Shown here: positions 28,352 to 40,163 of the stretch, one piece after another
Numbering within the stretch: the first letter of the stretch is position 1
How the letters are laid out: each line of letters begins with the position of its first letter
Origin: Eledone cirrhosa
Taxonomy: Eukaryota
DNA length: 64,000 bases
Assembly (NCBI GenBank): GCA_964016885.1
Contig: OZ024740.1
Span: 304,606,001 to 304,670,000 of the forward strand
Reading direction: 5' to 3'
Translations under genes and position numbers: made by a program
Notes under the pieces: model-generated
The model's database searches: none
What the model saw: the letters and a program-made list of their open reading frames with translations, nothing else
Told to the model about the DNA's origin: nothing

Positions 28352-28860
28352 ACATCATCATCGTCGTCGTCATCGTTTTTATGCCCGTTTTTCCACGCTT
28401 GCATTGGTTAGATGGGTCCTTCTCAGCATGGCATCTCTCCACATGTCACGATCCTTTGTCATCGCTTCTCTGAGTTTCCGTTATTTGAGGTCAGCTCTGA
28501 CAATCTCTGTCCAGGTCTTTCTTGGTCTACCTCTACCACGACTTCCTTCCACTGGCATTTCCTGACACTTCTTCACCTAACGATCATTATCCATGCGCAT
28601 CACATTAAGGTGGTTGTTATGTCTTTGACACAAAGAAGCAAGCTTTCTGTGGCTAGATGCCCTTCCTATCACCAACCACTTTACAGCATTTAGCATATAC
28701 ATAACCAGCACTAGAGAGGTTGTCATGCTATTAAAACGACCGAAGAGTCCTGTTGATCTTTTTTGGCATGGTTTCTATAGCAGAATGCCCTTCCTATTGT
28801 CAACCACCTTACAGAGTGTACTGGGTGCATTTTTTGTGGCACCAGCGCTAGAGAGGTTGT
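28352..28860 (-). mobile_element. RTE LINE 3' end fused to short-retroposon sequence
   Basis: ttttccacgcttgcat...ccatgcgcatcacat matches 33120-33365. It is followed by two gatgcccttcctat..caaccac units. Confidence 0.7.
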
Positions 28861-29209
28861 TTGTTATTATCTCAACTGAAGAGCCTCTCTACCTGTCGGT
28901 TTGGAGGTGTGGAGAAGGATGATAAGTATGATGTCATGGGTATATGACGTGTAGTGGGATTTAACAGCATTGAGTAGGAGGAAACGGGTGACATCAGATA
29001 GCGTAGTTGGTGGTGGTGGTGGTTGGGGAACTCTAAAAACCTACCAGCATAATTTTATGTAAGAACCTTATCTTATGTTCGAAATACTAAATAAATAATG
29101 CAAAAATTAGTTACATCACTAAATGTCTTCGAATTTTTGATTAATTTCATAAATATGCAAAAATCACAGGCAGTGTCTTTCATTAGAAATATGATAGCAA
29201 AAAGGATAT

Positions 29210-29582
29210 CATTATCATTGTTTTTTACATTTGTTTTTCCACACTTGCATGGGTTTGATGGGCCTTTCTTAGCACAGCATCTCTCCACTTGTCACATTCC
29301 TTTGTCATCTCCTCTGGGAGTCTCACAAACCCTGCCCAGGTCTTTCTTGGTCTACCTCTGCAGTGGTTTCCTTCCACTGGCATTTCCTGGCACTTCTTCA
29401 CCCAACGATCATCATCCATGTGCATCACATACCAACGCAGTCTTCTCGCCTGCACACCACCTCGGATTTGTATAAAACCCAGCTTCTCCCTCAGTTCATT
29501 TAAGCTCTGCCTTTCTCTTACATTTATGTTGTACATCCAACAAACTATGATTGCTTCATTTCTCTCCAGTCTTCACATGTAG
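29210..29582 (-). mobile_element. RTE-clade LINE 3' fragment
   Basis: ORF 29225-29536 (RRLRWY, GRPRKTW), same family as 22400-23097. Confidence 0.85.
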
Positions 29583-29884
29583 CAATAGCAACCAAAATTC
29601 TGTGCACTTTTTAAACATAGTTGTTACTTGGCTTTATGCTTTTTTCTTGCTAGTCATCTTCAAACAATAGTTTATTGTTCTCTAACCTATGTTGCTTCAA
29701 AATTGATATTTTGTTTACTCTAAAACAAATAATTATAAAACCAAGCTGATATGAAATTTATTTACATTGTAGTATGTACACCACCACCACTATCAACACC
29801 ACCATCATTATCTTTATTATTTTACATCTGTTTTTCCATGCTAGCATGGTTTGGGTGAGTCAGTACATTCAAGTTGGTACTTAA

Positions 29885-30101
29885 CCCTTTAGCATTTAAA
29901 CCGGCCATATCTGGCCAGAATTCTCTCACCCTTTCTGTTCAAACTGACCATAACTGGCCACTCATTTTGATTTTAAAGTATTATTTTCAAAATAAATAAT
30001 ATCAAAATCTCAGATTCAATTTTATGTGAGATATTAGGTGAAATAAAGCCTTTACTGCAAAAATACAATAGTATATATAGAGTAATGTAAAAGCTAAAGG
30101 G
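29885..30101. mobile_element. piggyBac-like MITE
   Basis: TTAA|CCCTTTAGC...GCTAAAGGG|TTAA: terminal inverted repeats with a TTAA duplication. An opposite-orientation relative lies at 55175-55378. Confidence 0.8.
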
Positions 30102-30349
30102 TTAATTGAAGCTACTGTTCTCTTAAATAAATCAGTGAACCATATCTTGCTCAAATATATTACATTTCTTCATGGTTTCTATGCCTTGATGCCCTTTTTA
30201 ATGCCAACTACCTTATAGAGTATACCGGATGCATTTTATCTTAGCACCAGTATTAGCGATGTGGTCTTGTCCTTCATGCCTTTTTGGCTGAATTCCTTTC
30301 CTAATGCTAACCAATTTACTGTATGTACTTGTTTTACTTATTTTAATGT

Positions 30350-30490
30350 GGTGAATTGGCAGAGTTTGAATGTCAGAATGTTTTGCAGTATTCATTTCAG
30401 CTCTGCTCTTTGAGTTCAAATCCTACTGAGGTCAACTTTGCCTTTCATCCTTTCAAGGTTGATAAAAAAGTACCAGTCTAGTATTAGGTC
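30350..30490 (+). mobile_element. Nin/Deu-domain-like SINE, partial
   Basis: gagttcaaatcc B-box followed by tttgcctttcatcc...gataaa..agtaccag. Confidence 0.65.
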
Positions 30491-31224
30491 TGACTCCTTC
30501 CTCTTTCTTACTTCCTCTCACTCTATCCTTTTCTGGAAGAAATCTGATGTATTCAGATCTGGAGAGAGTTTCTGCCAGGTTTAAAAATACCCTAGAAATG
30601 TTATATATCATTATGGTACCTCTACGATTCCTTCAGGAGTTACGGGACCAAGCATGCACTAGGTGTATTTTATCATGGCATCAGTACTTGAGGAACTGTC
30701 TACATGGCTAAAAACTCCTCTCTACTCTATGTTGTTACCGTTCAAATTCTGACCACTTTACAGAGTATGTAGTTTTTTGGAGTAGCTCCGAGGCAAGCAT
30801 GTTAAAGTGTCTTTCTTGTGTCCTCTAGAAAATATGGTGAACAGTGAGCATGGAAGCAGGTGTTTGGGTACGAATAAGTTTATGGTTATGACTGAGATGG
30901 GGGGGCATAGTGATGGGTTACTACATGCTGGTTGTTTGTTGGAGGTTGTGCAGATAACAAAGTGCTGAGAAGGGAGGATGAGAGGGATTAAGCTATGCGG
31001 AGAGAGAGAGCGAGCGGGGGAGGATGATTTCTAGTGATAGAGGCGTCATGACGAGGAGGGGAGAGAGCTACGGTTAACCATGAAAGATGATGGTAGGAAT
31101 TGGCAGGTAGATTGAAGGTGTTGGAGGAAGATGTACATTGATAATAATAATAATAATGAAATTAATGTGTACAGTGCTCAGGTGCACTACAACTCATCAA
31201 AGGTGCATGTATAGTACATAGAAT

Positions 31225-31405
31225 AATTGTTTCTACTTTAGGCACAAGGCCAGCAATTACCCAGTGTATTACTGGTACTTTATTTTATTGACCCCGTAAG
31301 GATGAAAGGCAAAGTCAACCTCAGTGGGATTTGAACTCAGAATGGCAAGGGCCGTAACTCTATGCGTCAAAGCATGGTGTCCGACCCTCTACCGATACTG
31401 CCAGA
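31225..31405 (-). mobile_element. Nin/Deu-domain-like SINE
   Basis: Reverse complement of 57948-58132. Confidence 0.75.
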
Positions 31406-31409
31406 ATAA

Positions 31410-32056
31410 TGTACAAATGTTAGGAAAGTGATATACATGTGTGCGTGTGTATGGAGGGGGGACATCAAGTATAGTGTCGGCAAATTTCAGGAAGCATGGT
31501 GGTTTTAAAGGATGCAGTGTCTTGGCAGCTATCAACTGATGCAGGTAGTTTGTTCCATGCTTCAGCAACTCTGAGAGTGAAAAAATGTTTCCGGAAGTCA
31601 TGGGAGCTGTGCTGTTTTCTGACTTTGTAGGCATGCCCACATGTTAGACACATTGAATTCAAAAAGGTGCTCAGGGTTGTTGTTGGCAAGATGGTTGATA
31701 ATTTTGTGGGTGTTTACCAAGTCAGTTACCAGATGTCGAATCTTCAATGTGTCTATGCCCAGAGAAGGAAGGCGTTCAGAGTATGGTAGATGCCTGATGG
31801 AGGGTATTCACTTAGTTGCATGTCCCTGAACAGTTTCCAGGAGGTCAATGTTCTGAGTAAGATAGGGGTTCCAGACTGGTGATGCAAATTCTAAGTGTGG
31901 CCACACCAAAGCTATATACATCTTTAAATAGATAGCTGGAGAGCAGCTGTCACAGGTCTTGCTGAATGATGCCAATACACCCTTGGCCTTCTTGACAATT
32001 TTAGAGATGTGCTTTGTCCAATGCAAATCGCTGCTGACACTAATGCCCAGGTCATG
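31410..32056 (-). mobile_element. CR1/L2-group LINE 3' fragment
   Basis: YIALVWPHLEFASPVWNPY and FRKHFFTLRVAEAWNKLP are typical of the CR1-group ORF2 C-terminus. Frameshifted. Confidence 0.85.
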
Positions 32057-32099
32057 TTCACAAGAAGACTTCTTGATATGATGATGAGGAGGAGGATAA

Positions 32100-32525
32100 T
32101 CATTTCTACATTTAGCACAATGCCATTAATTTGGGCAGAGGGGGAAAGTCGATTATATCAACTGGTACTTTATTTTATTGACCACAAAAGTTTACCTTGG
32201 TGGGATTCAAATGCAGAACCTAAAGAGCTGTAACTATATGCCACATAGCATGTTTTCTGATGCTCTAACAATACTGCCAATCCACTGCCTTAGGATAATG
32301 ATGATAATAATAAAGATGTCTACTATAGACACAAGGCCAACAATTTTGGGGGCGGGGAAAGTCGATTAAATTGACCCCAGTACTTACTGGTGCTTTATTT
32401 TATTGACCCCCCCCCCAAAGGATGAAAGGCTAAACTAACCTCGGCGGGATTTGAACTCAGAACTTAAAGGGACGTAACTCTATGCTGCGAAGCATATTGT
32501 CCGATGCTCTACTAATACTGCCAAT
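32100..32525 (-). mobile_element. Two tandem Nin/Deu-domain-like SINE copies
   Basis: The motif ctggtactttattttattgac...gggatttgaactcagaac...atactgccaat occurs twice. Confidence 0.7.
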
Positions 32526-33114
32526 AGTGATAGTAGTGATAAAATCATGTGCTACACTTCACTACATGGTGGCATTGCTTAGAGGATCAGTTGAGGGTGA
32601 TAGTTGGAATAGTACAAGGGAACGGGTCTTCACGAACATCACATATTACCAATCACTGCAGTTCTTAGTCATCTCTATCATGAAGTTCCACTTCTTGAGG
32701 TCTGTTTTCACAACTTAAAAGTCTCAGCACTTCTTTATACAATTAACATCCTACATACACATCATATGTCCGTATCTGTGCAGACTTTTCTCTTGTACAC
32801 TACATATATACAATATATGCACTATATATATACAATTAACATCCTACATACACATCATATGTCCATATCAGTGCAGTCTTTTCTCTTGTACACTACATCT
32901 GAAGTGAGAAATTATAAAAGTAACAGGCTTAATATAGATAGAAAGAAACAGGAAGTTGAATGTGTACTGGGGAAAATGCCATACAAAAATAAGGATATTT
33001 TTGTCACCTTTACATTATCTTGTCATGGGCCTAGTATATATGATAACACAATTATAGAATTTGCTATAGGGTGTGTAGTGCTATCTCAGAACAACTGTCA
33101 TAATATTTCATAAC

Positions 33115-33520
33115 ATGATCATCATAATCGTTTTTATGTCCGTTTTTCCACGCTTGCATGGGTTGGACAGGTCCTTCTCAGCACAGCATCTCTCCACTTG
33201 TCGCATTCCTTATTCATCTCCTCTGCCAGTCTTAGTGATTTGAGGTCAGCTCTCACAACCTCTGCCCAGGTCTTCCTTGGTCTTCCTCTACTGTGGCTTC
33301 CTTCCACAGGGATTTCTTGGCATTTCTTCACCCAGCAGTCATTGTCCATGCGCATCACATGACCATACCTAGTGGAAATCATATTGGTCATGCTTTTCAT
33401 ATTTTGGCTGGGTTGTTCTCGTTGGATGCCCTTCCTATCACCAACCACTTTACAGCATGGACTGGGTGCATTATTCATACCACCAGCACTAGAGAGGTTG
33501 TCTTACCAGACTTAAGAGTC
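33115..33520 (-). mobile_element. RTE LINE 3' end plus short-retroposon part
   Basis: ORF 33134-33478 (YGHVMRMD, GRPRKTWAEVV). Confidence 0.82.
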
Positions 33521-33841
33521 CTCTCCACCCTGTAACGTTTTTATTTGGAGTATCTACTCTTCTAAGCAGTTGTTTTTAATCGGAGTCACTGCTCTCCTAG
33601 ATAGGTTGTCCCTTTGATTATATTATTGAAGGGTATAATATCTATGACAACCTCTCATTTTTGGTGGGTATACAGTGCTCACCTAACACACCCAAAATAT
33701 ACATTACTACGACACCACAAATATTCAGAGATGGTGATGAAAAGCAACTCTAACAGTTACTCTCTTAGTTTTGATTTTGTTTGGTTTATCCAATGCAATT
33801 TTTAACAGGATCTGGTTTAATGATGTTAGCATCTATATATA

Positions 33842-35035
33842 CCGGGTGTAACAGCAAAATTGTCACACTCACAAATTCTTTCAAATTTTTTAAACCAATA
33901 AACTAATCGATTTGCAATTTTCCAGATAAGACATCTGGCCATACTGACACCAGATTTTGCAAGTATCAGTGAAATACCTATTGAGATATTTAGCTAGAAA
34001 GAGAACAGTCTGAAATCGTTTTGTGCCAGCCTCATAATGTCTTCCCAACTGAGCAATGTTGAGCAGGCTAAGATCATCCAGGCCTTCAGTAATGTTATCG
34101 ATATTCATTCTGTGGCTTCTATCTTCAAAGTCCATTCAAGAACCATCAAGAGAATTGTAAATAAGTTTGAGAAAGAGAGAATAGTGGAGACAAAAACTGG
34201 ATCAGGAGATCATAATTGCAAGAGGGATCATCATTTCAATCTGAATCTGAAAAGATCAATAAGAAGCAATCCAACTCAATCCATAAGGCACTTGGCACTT
34301 GAGGGAGGAGTTACAGCTATGACAGTTCAAAGAGCGGTGATAGAAGACTTGAAAATGAAATCATACGTGATACCTGTGAGACACCTTGTTAATCCAAGAT
34401 GGTTAGAAGATTGGAGAGGGTGAAGATCATCTTGAACAAAGTGAAACATAATCCTGGAGTAATCTTTTACACAGATGAGAAGAATTTCACTCAAGATACG
34501 CACACAAACATGCAACAGCTGCGTTCTGGCTTCAGATCCTCACAAGAGAGACAAAAAAATCATTTTCAGGTGCAAAAACCCTGCCAAATTGATGTTTTTC
34601 ACATGTGTGTCCTGTGATGGCAAGAAGATGCCATTGATCATATTTGAGAAGGCTAAGAGACTGACAGGAGTTTGTTATGTTCAGGTTTGGAAAGATGTAA
34701 AGACCTGGATGCTTTCTGAATATCTTGAGGCAAGAAACGAGGGAAACCCCAACAAGGTCACTACGGATTTCAAGTTTACATTCCAGCAAGATGGAGCTTC
34801 TTGTCACACAAGTGCAGTGGCTCAAGAATTTCTCAGGGATGAGTTTGGGAATAGGTTTTAGGATAAGGACAGTTGGGCCCCTTCATCACCTGATTTGAAC
34901 CCATTAAACTTCAGCATCTTGAATAAACTGGTCAGAAAAGCTTGTGAGAAGCCCGAAAGTAACCTGCAAGCCCTCAAAATTTCCATCCGTAGGACAGCCA
35001 AATAGATTTTATCCTCACCAGTAACCTCGTAGTTA
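33842..35035 (+). pseudogene. Tc1/mariner-superfamily transposon (maT/DD37D-like), disrupted transposase, 3' truncated
   Basis: TA|CCGGGTGT left end, ATG at 34037, HTH region, then IFYTDEKNF, FQQDGASCH and WAPSSPDLNPLNFSI. It carries two frameshifts (~34400, ~34510) and a TAG at 34859-34861. No right TIR was seen. Confidence 0.9.
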
Positions 35036-35044
35036 GTGACTTTA

Positions 35045-35810
35045 AAGTTAGGGCTAGACAAACTCAGAGACACAGCAATCTGGAGAAGAATGTATGGAAG
35101 TTGATGGAGCCCTCAACCAGTTACAAATTTACTTGTTTGATGCTTTTGACAGTAAGAAAGAAAAAATAGAGTCTTACAATATAGAAGAACAGTGGGAGTT
35201 CCTACAAGATAATGAATGAGATGAAGGCCATATACGAGATCTGTGGCTGGAGCAGGGCTCCAGGGAGAAGGAAAATGTCTTGATGTTAGAATAACAGGGT
35301 GGATGAGACAATTAAGACCAAAATACTGACATGAAAAGACTAGCAAAATGGGGTAAGCAAAAAATATTACCAGGAAGCTAAGAGAGAAGCAAAGTGACAA
35401 GTATTCCTTGCAAGGAGGGAAGTAGAAAATAAAAAAATTATGCATGTTTTGTAAAATGAGGACCAAAGACGTGAGGTATTTAGGATTGCATGGCAATGTG
35501 TTTGGGAAAATTATGATGTTTTCAGAGAGAAGTGTATCTGAGATGATAATGGTGCACTTGCTGTCACTGATGCTGAAAAGAAAGTAGCATGGAAGTGCCA
35601 TTATGAGACTGCTGAATGAGAATGCATGGAAGGAAGATAGTCTGCCGCTGTACAGGTCAGCAGTAGCAGCAGTGTATTAAGAGAATCAAGGATATGAAGA
35701 CAGGCAAATCAACTGGACCATCAGGGTTAGTTGCTGAGATGCTGAAAGCATCTGGATCGGTGGGTCACACCGTAACCACTTGTATATTGCAAACCAAGTA
35801 ATACAGAATT
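35045..35810 (+). mobile_element. RTE-type LINE internal fragment (endonuclease-RT linker), heavily decayed
   Basis: Homologous to the minus-strand 26600-26720 segment (aagacaggcaaatcaactggaccatcagggttagttgctgagatgctgaaagcatctgg; KSTGPSGLVAEMLKA). Confidence 0.65.
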
Positions 35811-36047
35811 GTGACACATGCCCTTGTATGTTCACCTGGCCAGTTTCCTTTGCATAATAGAATTTTAGGATGTTTAAATTGTGTAGAAGTTAAGGGTTGA
35901 AACACTTGAGGAGGGTTTCTTCTCCAAAGACCTTCTGCTGCTCAGCTCTCCTGAGAGTGTTTTACTACTGTGTACTGATTTGAAAGTTTGACTTTATCTT
36001 ATGGGTTCCTGTAATTCAAGCGTCAAAGATGTAGATTTCATAGTTCA

Positions 36048-37018
36048 TCTATATATATAAAACTGAAGATGTCTGTCTGTGTGTGTGTGAGTTTGAATCC
36101 CTAAAACTAGAGAAGCACCCAACCGACTGTTTTCAAACTTTACACTGTAATACTTATGTTTCAGGGAGTGTTCTGAGCAAAAAAAATTTCAAATTTTCAA
36201 TGCCCTAGGGACCGCATTAGGCGATTTAGCGATCTCTCTCTATAATTCTTAGTCTTTCGCTTTTTAGATAGATACATACATATAACGTCGCGCCCTTATA
36301 ATATCTGTCTGTATGTCTGGCTGTCTGCATTACGTCACTTCCTACAATTCGCTCTGCATCCAGAACGCGCCCTTATAGTATGTCTGGCTGTCTGCTGCCT
36401 CTGGTTATTCTGCCACCCTTGCTCAAGACAAATCTCACACTCATTCCCCAAATGTGGAAGGAGAAGCATACCTAATACTAATTGCATCAGAGCATTCAGT
36501 TTATTTTCTTTACATATTGTCCAGGCATGCAGTTTTCCCACGATTAGGCCTGTTGGCGGCCTGCGTTATGTTTCAGGGAGTGTTATGCACATAAAAAATT
36601 CAACTTTTTGATCTCCATAAGGTGAAAAACTGTATTAGTCAGTCTCTTCTTCATACCGTGAGCAAAGAAAATCCAACTTTTTTATGGCCTAGGGCCCGCA
36701 TTAGGTGAAAAACCTCATTTTTTTCAGTTTTTTAGGGCTTTTTTTAGGAGTTACATCTAGCCGATTTTCCCGAAATTTCAAGGCATATTATGCACATAAA
36801 AAAAATTCATTTTCTTGATGCCCTAGGGCCCACATTAGGTGAAAACCTGCATTTTTCCTGCTTCATCGAGGAAAATCTTAAAGATTATCCAGCCATCAGA
36901 GTATTCGGTTTATTTTCTTTACGTATTGTCGAGGCATGCAGTTTTTCCACGAGTAGGTCTGTTGGCGGCCCACGTTCCAAAATACCTTATCCCGTGCAAC
37001 GCCGGGTACCACTGCTAG
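36048..37018 (+). mobile_element. Non-autonomous Helitron
   Basis: A|TCTATATATATAAAA 5' end, subterminal cccgtgcaacgccggg hairpin, CTAG|T 3' end and no TSD. Internal duplications are present. Confidence 0.85.
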
Positions 37019-37391
37019 TATTAAATAAAATATTACAGCAATGGAGCATTATAAAAAAGTTGTGGCCTGTGACCAGAATAATACAGCATATATTCATTAT
37101 ATTACACATAGATGACCCTTGTTTTATCAGGTGGAATAAAAAATATTTGCTGCCTTCACCATAGATTGTGTGAATGTGTAAATATATATGTGTGTGTATG
37201 GATGTATGTTTGTATGTATGTACATTTGTGTCTGTAACTTGATAAAAAGAGATTGATAAAATAAGTACCAGACTTGGAAAAAATTTGCTGGAGTTGATAT
37301 GATTGACTAAAATCCCTTGAAGGCAGAGCTCTAGCATGGTTGCAATCTAATGGCTGAAACCAGTAAAATAGTTAATGAAAATAGCAGACAA

Positions 37392-37577
37392 CTAGACAAC
37401 ACTGTTGGCAGAGAATGTTTTAAAACATTTGTGCCCTTCCTCTTGTCTTATATTTTTGATTAATGAATTCTAACATGAAAAAAATAAAAAAAAAATTTAG
37501 AACGTTTTTGATAGATTTTAGCGTTTGTGTGACAGACGGACAAAAAAGCGGTACAGTTATTATTATATAGTTTAGAT
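37392..37577 (-). mobile_element. Short Helitron-like element
   Basis: A|CTAG at the left, and gacagacggaca...ttattatatagtttaga|t (reverse 5' TC end) at the right. Confidence 0.5.
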
Positions 37578-37688
37578 TATTTTATTTTAATCCATTTTAA
37601 ATTTACAACAAATTGTACCTCTTGGTTAAACACATTTTATTTGTTATCGTTTTCTTCTTTTTCCGGCCTAATTCCTGTTCCATTCTAG

Positions 37689-37777
37689 AAAAACTGCCCA
37701 GCACCGGAAAGAATACAAGCACACAATACAGCCAGAGCCAGTCAACCGGCCAAAAAGAATGACAACAACACTTAAAG
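37689..37777 (+). CDS. APLF: APLF-like gene, exon completing PBZ2 (KTAQHRKEYKHTIQPEPVNRPKRMTTTLK)
   Basis: Acceptor ttctag ends at 37688 and donor gtaata starts at 37778. A phase-2 join with 16290 gives CQYGVACYRKTAQHRKEYKH. Absent from the ORF track. Confidence 0.88.
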
Positions 37778-37892
37778 GTAATATTGCTGTCCCATTTCTG
37801 ATGATTATTTCTCTCTCTCTTTAACACTTTCCTTATTGACACTATTTTGGTATTGACTGACATTCAAGTCTTGGTAAATTGTTATTGTTTAA

Positions 37893-38125
37893 CCCTTTCA
37901 TAACCGCATTTCTAATGAAATATACTCTATTTTAATTAATTAATGAAGAATTTTAAGGGATTTACTAAATATTTTTTATTATTTCATTACTACGATAGTA
38001 ACTTAATGTAAGATTCTTATATAAAATTATGTTGGAAGAGTTTAATTTAAATTGGAAACCTTTAAAATGGGTGGTTTTATTTAATAAAACCAGGGCTGGT
38101 TTTGAATGGGTTGGTAACTAAGGGG
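37893..38125. mobile_element. piggyBac-like MITE, second family
   Basis: TTAA|CCCTTT...AAGGGG|TTAA. Related pieces lie at ~27811-28070, ~23600-23870 and ~55010-55153. Confidence 0.65.
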
Positions 38126-38187
38126 TTAAACATCTATTATATAACAAGAAATATAACTGTAGAAAAGTGGCTAAACTTACTAGATTT

Positions 38188-38490
38188 CATCACCATCATC
38201 ATCATCATTTAAGGTCCACTTTCCCTGTTAGCAAGAGTTGGATGGGTCTATATAGACCAAAATCAGTACTGAAGCAGGGCTACTGACATCTCAGACAGGC
38301 CGAGATCTGTATCCCGCTTATGTACAGTCATTATCGAGTGCAGTGGAGAAGTTGTGTCTTTTGACAAAAACAGAAGGGTCCTCCTAACCCTTTGTTTGGC
38401 AAGCCTTCTATGGCTGGATGCCCTTCCTAGCACCAACCACTTTAGAACAGCGTGTACTGGGTGCTTTTATTGTGTAGATTGCCAGCACTT
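38188..38490 (-). mobile_element. RTE-tailed short retroposon
   Basis: (CAT)n...ttctatggctggatgcccttcctagcaccaaccac. Confidence 0.72.
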
Positions 38491-38879
38491 ATAGGTCTTG
38501 ATGTGATAAGACTAATCTTTCCAGATCTAGCATAATATTAATAAGCAGGATCCTTAAAACATACTGTTCAACTATTTGTAGTCAGGTTCTCATTTTTGTT
38601 AAAAGATCTGTAATGACACTAAATATATTCAACTAAATATGACAGTGGAAACACAATTAAGAACTTTTTCACAATGGGTCATAATCCAGAATAAAAATTT
38701 GTTATTTACTGGTACAACTAGAAATGATGGTATCCATTCTTAAATCTTATCTTCTACTCCACCTTTTTTTAATTCAATCTATTTTTGAAATTGCATTTCT
38801 TTATTCTGCAACACTTAAAAAAATCCTTTGTTTTCCAAGTTATTCCTAAACAAAACATGCTTTGAAACAAATGAATATA

Positions 38880-39075
38880 TAACTGCCTATAATAGCCTAT
38901 AATAGCATATATAACAGTCTATAACAGCATATATAATAGCATATAACAACCTATAATAGCCTATATAACAGCCTATAATAGCATATATAACAGCCTACAA
39001 TAGCATATATAACAGCCTACAATAGCATATATAACAGCCTACAATAGCATATATAACAGCATATATAATAGCATG
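38880..39075. repeat. 10-12-bp minisatellite (TATAACAGCC / TATAATAGCATA alternation)
   Basis: Visible tandem units. Confidence 0.85.
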
Positions 39076-39167
39076 TATTAAGTTTGTCTCTATGCAGCTG
39101 CAAAATCATTTCATTAAACTTAAAATATAAATATTTATATATGAGCAATATCATGTACCAAAAAATA

Positions 39168-39219
<52 letters not shown>

Positions 39220-39378
39220 CTTCTCCAGCCTCACTTTCATATAGATTGCATTTTTGTTTTTAGAATCCAATATCAATAAATAGACCAGGATTTTTTCATT
39301 CTGATGATTGAAAGCAAAATTTTTTGTTTTTAAGAAACCACTGGTAAATGGAATAATTGCCTTATGTTGTTTATTACA

Positions 39379-39446
<68 letters not shown>

Positions 39447-39569
39447 ATTATAATTTTTACTGTAGATTCTTGAAGTTAATATTGCAATGTTTTTACTGTA
39501 AGTTTCTGTAAGTCTGTAAGATAGAACAGAAATTTATAAATCTGTGAGGATTGAATTATGAAAGATATA

Positions 39570-39880
39570 GAGTGTAGGTGCCACAACAAAAATCTTCCAG
39601 CTCACACTGTAAAGTACTCGTGTAGGTGTCACGTCAAAAGCACCCAGCCCACACTGTAAAGTGCTCACATAGGCGTCACGTCAAAAGCACCCACTTGTAA
39701 ATGGTTGGCGTTATGCAGGGCATTCAGCTATAGAAACTAAGCCAGAACCAGTTCTGTATGAGCAAAACATGGTCACCTGATCTGACTTGTCTCACAAAGG
39801 CACAACTCGTCTAACCCATGCAAGCGTAGAAAAATGGACGTTAAACAGTGGTGGTGGTGGTGATGATGATGATGATGATA
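39570..39880 (+). mobile_element. RTE-tailed short retroposon
   Basis: Same structure as 15590-15899. Confidence 0.75.
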
Positions 39881-40017
39881 GAGAGCTTGTAAAGTGTTAT
39901 TTTGACATCTGACTCTGAATTCCATCAACAATCTCACCATAACAATAAAATATGTGAAATGTTTTAGTTGGAACTTGTTAGTTTGATTTACATATGATTG
40001 TTTTACTTAACTTGTAG

Positions 40018-40163
40018 TGACTGGAGGTGATGAAGATTTCTCAGACCAACCTCCATCTGATGAAGAATCAATGGATGAAGATTCTGAATGGGAACCTGAC
40101 GCTGCTTCTGCTGGTGGACCCAAAGTAAAAGGTTCAACAGCTCCAAAAAAAGTGAATGCATAA
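40018..40163 (+). CDS. APLF: APLF-like gene, probable last coding exon, acidic tail VTGGDEDFSDQPPSDEESMDEDSEWEPD...KKVNA*
   Basis: Acceptor ttgtag ends at 40017, the phase-1 join with 37777 is in frame, and TAA lies at 40161-40163. DEDSEWEP resembles the DEDSDWEP histone-binding motif of vertebrate APLF. Confidence 0.82.
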
